From the NCBI GenBank assembly GCA_026397855.1, contig JAPLUA010000264.1, forward strand, positions 1 to 63,701: DNA of 63,701 nucleotides, in the 5' to 3' direction. Positions 18,050 to 26,335 of this stretch are shown here, one piece after another. Below the pieces are notes generated by a model, which searched no databases, was not told where the DNA came from, and saw nothing but the letters and a program-made list of their open reading frames with translations. The stretch comes from Verrucomicrobiota bacterium. GTDB taxonomy: Bacteria; Verrucomicrobiota; Verrucomicrobiia; Limisphaerales; UBA8199. Position numbers and translations under genes: made by a program. How positions within the stretch are numbered: the stretch's first letter is position 1; every line of letters starts with the position of its first letter.

Positions 18050-20752
18050 ATGATTGAACGTTTTTCCGCAAGAGTTCTGCTGCTCATCCTGGGCACCTGT
18101 CTGGTTCTGCCCTTGCGGTCAGCCGAGCTGGCTGTTCCCGCCATTGCCGCTCCTGCAGCGTTTCCGGACCTTTCCACCAACTCGTTCCGTCACCTGGCCC
18201 CCGGGCCTGTTGACGGCCGGATCGCTTTCTTGACCGCGGCGATGCTCGAAAAACAGCACTACTTGAAGCGGACATTTGACGCGAAGGTGTCCAGCAAGTT
18301 CCTCGACACCTACATGGACACGCTCGATTCGCAGCACATCCATTTCACCCAGGGCGATCTGGCGGAGTTTGAGCATTACCGCACCAACCTCGACCACCTG
18401 ACCATTACAGAGCGGCGCATGGGTGACGCCACGCCCGCCTGCGAGATCTTCAACAGGTTCTTTGAGCGTCTTTCCCAGCGTACGGCCTACGCGGAGCAGT
18501 TGCTCAAGAACGAGAAGTTTGTCTTTGACGGCGATGAGCGGATCCAGATCAACCGGAAGGAAAGCCCCTACCCGGAGAATCTGGACGAGGCGAGGAAGCT
18601 CTGGAGGGAACGGTTGCGCTTTGAGTACCTGCAGGAGCGGCTCGGCAAACTGGCCGCCCGGAAGAAGAAGGATGCCGCAGCGACAAAGAAGAAAGCCGCG
18701 CCGCACCAATCGAGCGTTGCGCCGCGCGCTGCTGACCCGCACGTGGTCACCGCCGACACAGTTGAGTTGGCCGACTGCAGTTCCACCTGCGTTTCCGGGG
18801 CGGACTGTCCAATGGCCGGCATGGGGGATTGCGGTGGCGGGCAGTCCCAGGTTTTGCTGCGATCCCCCAAAGGCGCCGAGCAGGGGCCCTTCCCGGGAGC
18901 TGGATCTGGCCGCACCCGCCAGCAGGCTGAAAAGACCGCGCCTGCCGCCCCGCTGGGATCGTCGGTCAGCCGGTCAACCCAGCCCAAGGCCTCCCAATCC
19001 CCCACGAACAGCGTCGCCGTCCCGCCAAAGAAAACGGACGACGAGGAGATCGTCGCCACGCTGAGCCACCGCTACCATCGCAACCTGCGCTTCTTCGCGG
19101 ATTGGAATAACGAAGACGTCCTGCAGGCATACCTGACTTCATTGGCTCGCGTTTACGACCCGCATTCCGACTACCTGGGGCGCGCGCAGTTGGAGAGCTT
19201 TGCGATGCAGATGAACCTCAGCCTGTTTGGCATCGGTGCGGAACTGAGTGCTGCCGACGACGGTTATTGCACCATCCGGCGGCTGCTGCCGGGCGGCCCG
19301 GCCATCAAGAGCAAGCTGATCAAGGAGAACGATCGCATCGCTGCCGTGGCGCAGGGCGATCAGGCGCCGGTGGACATCGTGGACCTCAGCCTCAACAAGG
19401 CGGTTCAGCTTATCCGCGGCCCGAAGGGCACCGAAGTGCGCCTGACCATGATTCCCGCCGGTGCGGGAGCCGGGGAGCGGAAAGTTGTAAGCCTGATCCG
19501 GGATGAAATCCCGCTTGCGGATTCGGCGGCCAAAGCCAAGGTGATCGAACTTCCTGATGGCCACGGGGGCAACCTCAGGCTTGGGGTCATTGACCTGCCC
19601 TCTTTCTACGCCACTTTCGAGGCGGTAAACACCAAGGATAAGCCAGAGCCCAAGAGCACTACGGCTGATGTGGCGAAGCTTCTCACCAAACTCAAACAGG
19701 AGAAGATTGACGGGGTCATCCTGGACTTGCGCCGCAACGGGGGAGGCTCCCTCGAGGAGGCCATCAAGCTCACCGGCCTGTTCATCAAGACTGGACCTGT
19801 CGTGCAGGTCAAGGAAGTGGATAACACAGTGCAGGAAGCAGACGATACCGATCCGTCGGTTCTTTACGAAGGGCCGCTGGTCGTCCTGACGAGCCGCGGC
19901 AGCGCGTCCGCCTCGGAAATCCTGGCCGGTGCCCTGCAGGATTATGGCCGCGCCTTGATCGTCGGCGACAGCGCCACCCACGGCAAGGGCACGGTGCAAA
20001 GCGTGAACCAGTTGCGGCCCTACCTGCACATGCTGGACCCGTCGCTGACGAATGATCCCGGCGTACTAAAGCTCACGATCAAGAAGTTCTACCGCCCCAG
20101 CGGCGGCTCCACCCAGTTGAAAGGGGTCGTGCCCGACATCGTTCTCCCTTCTGTTGCCAACGAGTCGAAAGACATCGGCGAAGGATCCTTGGACAACGCG
20201 CTGAAATGGGATGAGATCCGGAGCGCGAAGTATGATTCCCTGAACCTCGTTCAGCCCTACCTGGCAGAGCTGCGGAACCGGTCCACCCGGCGGGTGGCCG
20301 CCGACAAGGAATTCGCCTACGTGCGCGAGGACATAGAGCGTTTCAAGAAACAGCAGGCGGACAAGACTCTGTCCCTGAACGAGCACGCGCGGCTCAAGGA
20401 GAATGAAGACATCGAGGCGCGGAACAAGGTGCGCGACCAGGAGCGCCGGTCGCGTCCCGAGCTGCCGGAAAAGGTTTATGAGCTAACCCTGAAACAGGTG
20501 GATTTGCCAGGACTGCCGCCCCCGGTCGCCCGGACTAACGCCGTCCTCTCGGGCGTCCCTGCCGGCGCGCCAGCCGGACACCCCGCTGCCAGCGCAAGTT
20601 CCGCCCCCGTTGTTGCCGCAGAAGACGATTCCGAGGATCCGGCCGAGCCGCCGTCTCCGGCAACCGATGCGCCGCTGTCAGAGGCGGAACATATTCTGCT
20701 GGATTACCTTTCTCTCCTGCCCAAGGGCAACCTGGTGACCACCGGACACTGA
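18050..20752 (+). CDS. prc: tail-specific (C-terminal processing) protease, peptidase S41
   Basis: Signal peptide from the ATG at 18050 ('MIERFSARVLLLILGTCLVL'), catalytic 'GSASASEILAGAL' and 'THGKGTVQ', and a Prc-type C-terminal helical domain. Confidence 0.88.
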   Translation: MIERFSARVLLLILGTCLVLPLRSAELAVPAIAAPAAFPDLSTNSFRHLAPGPVDGRIAFLTAAMLEKQHYLKRTFDAKVSSKFLDTYMDTLDSQHIHFTQGDLAEFEHYRTNLDHLTITERRMGDATPACEIFNRFFERLSQRTAYAEQLLKNEKFVFDGDERIQINRKESPYPENLDEARKLWRERLRFEYLQERLGKLAARKKKDAAATKKKAAPHQSSVAPRAADPHVVTADTVELADCSSTCVSGADCPMAGMGDCGGGQSQVLLRSPKGAEQGPFPGAGSGRTRQQAEKTAPAAPLGSSVSRSTQPKASQSPTNSVAVPPKKTDDEEIVATLSHRYHRNLRFFADWNNEDVLQAYLTSLARVYDPHSDYLGRAQLESFAMQMNLSLFGIGAELSAADDGYCTIRRLLPGGPAIKSKLIKENDRIAAVAQGDQAPVDIVDLSLNKAVQLIRGPKGTEVRLTMIPAGAGAGERKVVSLIRDEIPLADSAAKAKVIELPDGHGGNLRLGVIDLPSFYATFEAVNTKDKPEPKSTTADVAKLLTKLKQEKIDGVILDLRRNGGGSLEEAIKLTGLFIKTGPVVQVKEVDNTVQEADDTDPSVLYEGPLVVLTSRGSASASEILAGALQDYGRALIVGDSATHGKGTVQSVNQLRPYLHMLDPSLTNDPGVLKLTIKKFYRPSGGSTQLKGVVPDIVLPSVANESKDIGEGSLDNALKWDEIRSAKYDSLNLVQPYLAELRNRSTRRVAADKEFAYVREDIERFKKQQADKTLSLNEHARLKENEDIEARNKVRDQERRSRPELPEKVYELTLKQVDLPGLPPPVARTNAVLSGVPAGAPAGHPAASASSAPVVAAEDDSEDPAEPPSPATDAPLSEAEHILLDYLSLLPKGNLVTTGH

Positions 20753-20767
20753 CCGCCTCTTTCGCTT

Positions 20768-21352
20768 ATGAAAATCACCCTTGCCTTGCTTTGCCTGGGC
20801 TTTCTCCTGGCCGCAAACGCGTTTGCCGGCCCGGATGTGATCATCAAGCAGCACGCTAAGGATATTCGGGACCAGAATAATGTCCGGCAAGGGGTTGCCC
20901 CTCCTGTCGTGCCGGTTCAGCCGGCAAACCCTTCCGTCGTAACTGCCACCCCCACAGCTTCGACTCCGGTGCAGAAAAGCCTCGCCAAACTGCGGGCCGA
21001 CCTCGTGGCCATCAAACCGGGTGCCCCGGTCACGCCCGAGCAAAAACAGCAGATTGCCAGGGATGTGCAGGCCACGGCCCAGGGCTCGAAGAAACCTTCC
21101 TACGGGACGGCCGCCGGCCTGGCCAATGAATTGTCAGCCGCCCTGGCACAAAAGTCCTTGTCCGATTCAGCCCTGAGCCGCCTGCTCACGGACCTTGCGG
21201 CTGTTCTCAACCCTGCAAACATACAGACGGCGCAGATGCAGGCCATTTGCTCCGACATCCGGGCCATCTTCGAGACCAACAGCCTGGCGCACAAAGACGC
21301 CGTCAAAATCGCCGATGCGGCCAAGGCCATTGCCGCTGAAACCCATCCCTGA
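20768..21352 (+). CDS. secreted hypothetical protein
   Basis: 194 aa with signal peptide 'MKITLALLCLGFLLAANAFAG'. No recognisable domain. Confidence 0.5.
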   Translation: MKITLALLCLGFLLAANAFAGPDVIIKQHAKDIRDQNNVRQGVAPPVVPVQPANPSVVTATPTASTPVQKSLAKLRADLVAIKPGAPVTPEQKQQIARDVQATAQGSKKPSYGTAAGLANELSAALAQKSLSDSALSRLLTDLAAVLNPANIQTAQMQAICSDIRAIFETNSLAHKDAVKIADAAKAIAAETHP

Positions 21353-21437
21353 GAACTGCTCGCGGAGCAATCTCCACCGACTTGGGCCCGGTCGGTTTGC
21401 AGGTTGCCCCCTTTTGTGCGAGGTTTGCACCCAATCC

Positions 21438-22127
21438 ATGCGACAAGAAAACTTTCGGCCAAAGCTAGACCTTCCCACCCGCCCGCCTGCGTATTCGGGG
21501 CCTCGGAAATCCCTCGGCCTTTTATCATTACTGTCCTTGCTCTTGCTCCTCACCCTCGTGACGGGGCTTTCCCAAACTGGCAATATGAACAACTCGACCA
21601 ACAACCTTGAGACCGCCACCCTTGGTGGCGGCTGTTTCTGGTGCACCGAAGCGATTTTTCAAATGCTGCCCGGCGTCAAGTCCGTGGTGAGCGGCTACGC
21701 GGGCGGAACCAGGGAGAATCCGACCTACAAGGAAGTCTGCTCCGGGGACACCGGTCACGCCGAGGTGATCCAGATCGCATACGATCCCGGGCTGGTCTCC
21801 TACGAGAAACTGCTGGAGACCTTTTGGGAAGCGCACGATCCGACCACCCTGAACCGGCAGGGGGGCGACACCGGGACCCAATACCGATCCATCATTCTCT
21901 ACGGCAACGAGGCCCAGAAGGCCGCCGCCGAAAAGTCAAAGGCCCGCGCGCAGAAGCATTTCGCCCAACCCATCGTGACGGAGATTGTGCCGCTGAAGAA
22001 GTTCTACCGGGGCGAGGACTACCACCAGGACTACTATCGCGGCAATCCCGGGCAGCCTTACTGCCGGGCGGTGATTCGTCCCAAGGTGGAGAAGTTCGAG
22101 CAGAAGCTCAAAGCCGCAGGGCATTGA
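21438..22127 (+). CDS. msrA: peptide-methionine (S)-S-oxide reductase MsrA with an export signal
   Basis: 'ATLGGGCFWCTEAIF', 'GHAEVIQIAYDP', 'YHQDYY'. ATG at 21438 gives a hydrophobic leader 'LGLLSLLSLLLLLTLV'. The ORF-track extension to 21195 overlaps the upstream gene. Confidence 0.9.
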   Translation: MRQENFRPKLDLPTRPPAYSGPRKSLGLLSLLSLLLLLTLVTGLSQTGNMNNSTNNLETATLGGGCFWCTEAIFQMLPGVKSVVSGYAGGTRENPTYKEVCSGDTGHAEVIQIAYDPGLVSYEKLLETFWEAHDPTTLNRQGGDTGTQYRSIILYGNEAQKAAAEKSKARAQKHFAQPIVTEIVPLKKFYRGEDYHQDYYRGNPGQPYCRAVIRPKVEKFEQKLKAAGH

Positions 22128-22169
22128 CTCGGCACAGCAGCCCGGCGCAATAAACTCCAGCGTGCCCGG

Positions 22170-22901
22170 TCAGCTTCGCGAGTGCCGCAGCCGGTGCGAG
22201 AGGACTGCCAGGCCTTCCGCCAGGTCCTCTTTTTGCACCACCACCCCATCGGGGATCTGCAGTTTCACGGGCGTGAAGTTCCAGATTCCCAGGATTCCGG
22301 CGCGGACCATCAGGTCGGCGGCCTCCTGCGCTGCTGCGACGGGCACGGTGAGCACGCCCAACGTGATGCCGAGCCGGCGAGCGAAGGGAGGAAGTTTGGG
22401 CATGGACTGCACGTGGCGGCCCTGGACCCAGGTCCCGATGAGTTTCGGGTCAGAATCAAAGGCCCCGGCAATCCTTAACCCCAGGTTCTCGAATCCGCGA
22501 TAGCCCAGCAGTGCTGTGCCAAGGTTGCCCACCCCAACCAACACAGCCTTGGTTTGATTGTTCCAGCCCAGGAAAGCCTCGATGGCGGCGATGAGTTCGG
22601 TGACGCGGAATCCGAGGCGCGGCGTGCCCGAGATGCCGGTCACCGCCAGGTCCTTGCGGACGATCACCGGCTCGAGATTGTGCGTGCTGGCCAGGACGGT
22701 GCCCGAGACGTGCTCGTGCCCCTCTCCCTGGAGCACGCGCAGGAGCTGCAGGTAGGCGGGCAGGCGCCGCACACACGCGGCCCCGGCCTTTTGGACCGCC
22801 TCGGGTGAGGGTGTGCCGGCTGGAGTGATCGCCCCCTGCAGGAGGGGATCTATGGCCTGGCTGCGCGGGCCCGCCTTGACGATTTGCGGTTTTGCTTTCA
22901 T
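22170..22901 (-). CDS. rex: redox-sensing transcriptional repressor Rex (paralog 1)
   Basis: wHTH 'RRLPAYLQLL...VIVRKDLA', Rossmann 'AVLVGVGNLGTALLGY', 'GILGIWNFTP'. Confidence 0.9.
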   Translation of the reverse strand: MKAKPQIVKAGPRSQAIDPLLQGAITPAGTPSPEAVQKAGAACVRRLPAYLQLLRVLQGEGHEHVSGTVLASTHNLEPVIVRKDLAVTGISGTPRLGFRVTELIAAIEAFLGWNNQTKAVLVGVGNLGTALLGYRGFENLGLRIAGAFDSDPKLIGTWVQGRHVQSMPKLPPFARRLGITLGVLTVPVAAAQEAADLMVRAGILGIWNFTPVKLQIPDGVVVQKEDLAEGLAVLSHRLRHSRS

Positions 22902-22967
22902 CAGATCATGGCGCCGCCGGCGTTGACAGCGCTTCTTGCTGTCGCTGGCGGCGGCGCGCTGGAAAGG

Positions 22968-22997
22968 ATATTACCCTGCTCAAACGGTGCATGACAA
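22968..22997 (-). promoter_or_regulatory. candidate promoter for rex paralog 1 (TTGTCA-N18-TAATAT on the minus strand)
   Basis: Minus-strand TTGTCA (plus 22992-22997) and TAATAT (plus 22968-22973), about 67 nt upstream of the ATG at 22901. Confidence 0.35.
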
Positions 22998-23104
22998 CCG
23001 GCGAATGAGGAATCAGCGGAGCAAAAGCATAAATTCTTTGGCGGCCTAACCTGTTTGGGTCAAGGCGCTTAGGCCCGCGGCCTTGCGAGGCGGCAAAATC
23101 CCCG

Positions 23105-23175
23105 TTGACAGGGTGACCCATTCGCGCTTTATATATCGATATATAGTTCTCGATAGATGTATAGCGATATGAGTG
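23105..23175 (+). promoter_or_regulatory. candidate rex2/hyd operon control region: TTGACA -35, AT-rich -10 zone, 14-bp perfect palindrome ATATATCGATATAT, three 14-bp-phased CGATA boxes
   Basis: TTGACA at 23105-23110. Palindrome at 23131-23144. (T)CGATA(T) recurs at about 23137, 23151 and 23165. A conspicuous AT island in a GC-rich genome. Confidence 0.45.
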
Positions 23176-23882
23176 TAACGAAGCAAATGGCGCCGGACAC
23201 GGCGAAGGCGGTGCCGGAGCCGACCCTGAAGCGCCTGCCGCTGTATCACCGCTTCCTCAAGGAGTGGCGGCAGGCCGGCAAAGAGTCGGTTTCCTGCACC
23301 GACATCGGCGAGGAGCTGAAGCTGGATCCGACGCAGGTGCGCAAGGACCTGGAGGCGGCGGGGATCAGCGGCCGGCCGCGCATCGGCTATGCCACCGCGG
23401 CGGTGGTGGATGGGATCGAGCTATTCCTGGGGTGGAAGAAGGTCAGCGAGGCGTTCCTGGTGGGGGCCGGGAGCATGGGCTCGGCGCTGCTGGGCTACCG
23501 CAAGTTCGAGGAGTGTGGCCTGAAGATCGTGGCGGCCTTTGACCGTGACCCGGGCAAGATCGGGCGGAAGATCCACGGCAAGCATGTGCTGGCGCTGGAT
23601 AAACTGGCCGACCTGACGCGGCGGATGCACATCCTGATCGGCATCATCACCGTTCCGGCGGCGGAGGCGCAGGCGGTGGCGGACGTGCTTGTGGCGGGCG
23701 GCGTGCGCGCCATCTGGAACTTTGCCCCGATACGGCTGCGGGTGCCCGAGCACCTCATCCTCCATAACGAAGACCTCTACTGTTCCCTGGCGTCCCTTTC
23801 GCAGAAGCTGGCCCAGGCGCTGGAGGCAAACCCGGCCGAGGCCGCGCCGGTTCGGAAAACACGAACGGCCACTTTCAATTAA
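23157..23882 (+). CDS. rex: redox-sensing transcriptional repressor Rex (paralog 2), first gene of the hyd operon
   Basis: 'LKRLPLYHRFL...TQVRKDLE', 'AFLVGAGSMGSALLGY', 'VRAIWNFAP'. Possible starts at 23157, 23169 and 23187. Only 27 nt separate it from hydC. Confidence 0.9.
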   Translation: MYSDMSVTKQMAPDTAKAVPEPTLKRLPLYHRFLKEWRQAGKESVSCTDIGEELKLDPTQVRKDLEAAGISGRPRIGYATAAVVDGIELFLGWKKVSEAFLVGAGSMGSALLGYRKFEECGLKIVAAFDRDPGKIGRKIHGKHVLALDKLADLTRRMHILIGIITVPAAEAQAVADVLVAGGVRAIWNFAPIRLRVPEHLILHNEDLYCSLASLSQKLAQALEANPAEAAPVRKTRTATFN

Positions 23883-23909
23883 CCACCCTTTAGAAACAGA
23901 GAATTACCT

Positions 23910-24437
23910 ATGACAGCCAAACGAAAGCCCGAAGGCACCGGCCGCAGATTTGTCAAAGTGTGCCATATACTGGACCAGCACAACCGCAACCCGGCGCGGC
24001 TGGTCCCCATCCTGCAGGCCGTGCAGGAGGAATACCGTTACCTGCCGCAGGAGGTGCTGACGTATGTCGCGACTGCGCTGGGCGTCTCGCCCGCGCGGGT
24101 CTATGGCGTGGCCACCTTCTACGCGCACTTCACCATCCTGCCGAAGGGCAAACATCTGGTCCGGCTGTGCGACGGCACGGCCTGCCACGTGAAGGAATCG
24201 GTGCCGATCCTGCGTGCGCTGCAAAAGCGGCTCGGAGTGGATGAGCAAAAGCGGCTCGGAGTGGATGACCGGCGCAAGACAACCGAGGACATGCTGTTCA
24301 CGGTGGAGACGGTCGCATGCCTGGGTGCCTGCGGCCTGGCGCCAGTCGTGGTGATAGACGACCAGGTTTACGGGCAACAGTCACCCGAAAGCGCGGTGAA
24401 GCTGGTGGAAGCCCTCATCACGCAGGAGGCCCAATGA
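23910..24437 (+). CDS. hydC: [FeFe]-hydrogenase HydC subunit (NuoE-like thioredoxin-fold [2Fe-2S] protein)
   Basis: 'ILQAVQEEYRYLP', 'GKHLVRLCDGTACH', 'ETVACLGACGLAPV'. Carries an in-frame 24-bp tandem duplication. Confidence 0.88.
   Translation: MTAKRKPEGTGRRFVKVCHILDQHNRNPARLVPILQAVQEEYRYLPQEVLTYVATALGVSPARVYGVATFYAHFTILPKGKHLVRLCDGTACHVKESVPILRALQKRLGVDEQKRLGVDDRRKTTEDMLFTVETVACLGACGLAPVVVIDDQVYGQQSPESAVKLVEALITQEAQ
24221..24268 (+). repeat. perfect 2 x 24-bp tandem duplication inside hydC (in frame; QKRLGVDE/QKRLGVDD)
   Basis: GCAAAAGCGGCTCGGAGTGGATGA at 24221-24244 is repeated exactly at 24245-24268. Confidence 0.95.
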
Positions 24438-26317
24438 GCGCACAAAGTCTGCCCCACCCGAACGGAAACAACGGCCACACGGCGCAACGGCGGGTCATCG
24501 TATGCGCGGGGACCGGCTGCGTGGCCAGCGGGGCCTACAAGGTTTTCCAGGCCTTGGTGGATCAAGTGCGGGCCGCCGGCCTCCCGGTCATAACCGAGTT
24601 CCGGCCGGAGCATGAAGCCGACGCGGTGCGCCTGAACAAGAGCGGCTGCCAGGGTTTCTGCCAGATGGGGCCGCTGGTGACGGTGCTGCCCGAGAACCTG
24701 CTGTATAACAAGGTCCGCGTTGAGGACGTGGCGGCGATTGTGGCTGAGACGCTGGTCGCCGGTCGGCTGGTCGAGCGGCTTCTCTATGTGGATTCGACCA
24801 CCAAGAAGCGTTGCCGGGGCGTGGAAGAGATTCCGTTTTACCAGCGCCAGCAGAGGTTTGTGCTCCGTTCCTGCGGCACCATTGATCCGGAGAGCATTGA
24901 CGAGTATGTGCACCAGGGCGGCTACGCGGCGGCGAAGAAGGCTTACGTGCAGATGACGCCGGAACAGATTTGCCAGGAGATCACCCGATCGGGCCTGCGC
25001 GGCCGGGGCGGCGGCGGTTTCCCCACGGGGCGCAAGTGGGAGGCGGCCCGGAGTCAGCCCGAGGGAAAGAAATATGTGATCTGCAACGCGGATGAGGGGG
25101 ATCCGGGCGCGTTCATGAACCGCAGTGTGATGGAAGGAAACCCTCACAGCGTGCTGGAAGGGCTGATGATTGCCGCGCGCGCGATTGGCGCGGACGAGAC
25201 GCTGATCTACGTCCGGACCGAGTACCCGCTGGCGGTGCAACGCATGCGCAGCGCGGTCAAGGACGCAGAGGCGCGCGGTTTCCTGGGCGACAACGCTTTC
25301 GGGACCGGCCGACCGCTGCGGTGCGAGGTGATGGAAGGCGCGGGGGCGTTTGTGTGCGGCGAGGAGACCGCGATGATCGCCTCCATCGAGGGGCAGCGCG
25401 GCATGCCGCGGCCTAAACCGCCTTTCCCGGCCCAGAGCGGCCTTTGGGGCAAGCCGACCATCATCAACAACGTCGAAACCCTGGCGCACGCGGTCCGCAT
25501 TGTCAACGAAGGCGCCGAGCAATTCCGGACACTGGGCACGGCGGCCTCTCCGGGCACAAAGACGTTCGCACTGACCGGCCACGTCGCCAACACCGGGCTG
25601 GTGGAAGTGCCTTTCGGGGCCACGCTGCGAGAGGTGGTATTCGATATTGGGGGCGGCATTACGGATCGCCGCGGCAAGGTGACCCGGGATGGCTTCAAGG
25701 CGGTGCAGATCGGCGGGCCGTCGGGCGGCTGCCTCACGCGCGACCACCTGGATCTGCCGCTCGATTACGATTCCCTGCGCGGGGCAGGGGCCATGGTTGG
25801 CTCCGGCGGGTTGGTGGCGATGAACAGCAAGACCTGCATGGTGTCCAGCGCCCGGTTCTTCATGGACTTCACCCAGCGGGAGAGCTGCGGCAAGTGCGTG
25901 CTGTGCCGCGAGGGCACGCGCCAGATGCTGGCGTTGCTCGACGACATCATCGAAGGGCGCGCCACCGCCGGGACGCTGGAGCTGCTGCAGAAGCTGGCGT
26001 CGGCCGTGCAGAAAGGCTCGCTCTGCGGGCTGGGCAAGACGGCCCCCAATCCGGTCCTTTCCACCCTGCGCCACTTCCGCGAGGAATACGATGCGCACGT
26101 GTTTCACAAGCACTGTCCCACCGGACAATGCAAGGCGCTGGCAAAGCCGAGCATTGACCCGGCCAAATGCAAGGGCTGCACCGCCTGCGCGAAGAAGTGC
26201 CCCGTCAATGCCATCACCGGCGAAAGGAAGCAGGCGCACACGATCAACCAGGCGCTCTGCATCAAGTGCGGTGTCTGTGTGGACACCTGCAAACTGGACG
26301 CGGTCATTGGCGTATAG
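24434..26317 (+). CDS. hydB: [FeFe]-hydrogenase HydB subunit (NuoF-like NADH/FMN/Fe-S flavoprotein)
   Basis: N-terminal 2Fe-2S 'VCAGTGC...CQGFCQMGP', 'GLRGRGGGGFPTGRKW', 'ESCGKCVLCREG', C-terminal 2x 'CxxCxxCxxxCP'. ATGA overlap with hydC. Confidence 0.92.
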   Translation: MSAQSLPHPNGNNGHTAQRRVIVCAGTGCVASGAYKVFQALVDQVRAAGLPVITEFRPEHEADAVRLNKSGCQGFCQMGPLVTVLPENLLYNKVRVEDVAAIVAETLVAGRLVERLLYVDSTTKKRCRGVEEIPFYQRQQRFVLRSCGTIDPESIDEYVHQGGYAAAKKAYVQMTPEQICQEITRSGLRGRGGGGFPTGRKWEAARSQPEGKKYVICNADEGDPGAFMNRSVMEGNPHSVLEGLMIAARAIGADETLIYVRTEYPLAVQRMRSAVKDAEARGFLGDNAFGTGRPLRCEVMEGAGAFVCGEETAMIASIEGQRGMPRPKPPFPAQSGLWGKPTIINNVETLAHAVRIVNEGAEQFRTLGTAASPGTKTFALTGHVANTGLVEVPFGATLREVVFDIGGGITDRRGKVTRDGFKAVQIGGPSGGCLTRDHLDLPLDYDSLRGAGAMVGSGGLVAMNSKTCMVSSARFFMDFTQRESCGKCVLCREGTRQMLALLDDIIEGRATAGTLELLQKLASAVQKGSLCGLGKTAPNPVLSTLRHFREEYDAHVFHKHCPTGQCKALAKPSIDPAKCKGCTACAKKCPVNAITGERKQAHTINQALCIKCGVCVDTCKLDAVIGV

Positions 26318-26335
26318 GCCGCCTGCCAACAGAGC

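Noticed and set aside
22902-23156. Canonical Rex operator (TTGTGAA-N6-TTCACAA) in the rex/rex intergenic region
   Set aside because: I could not find TGTGAA/TTCACA half-sites by eye. Only the ATATATCGATATAT palindrome stands out, and it is reported separately as a non-canonical candidate.
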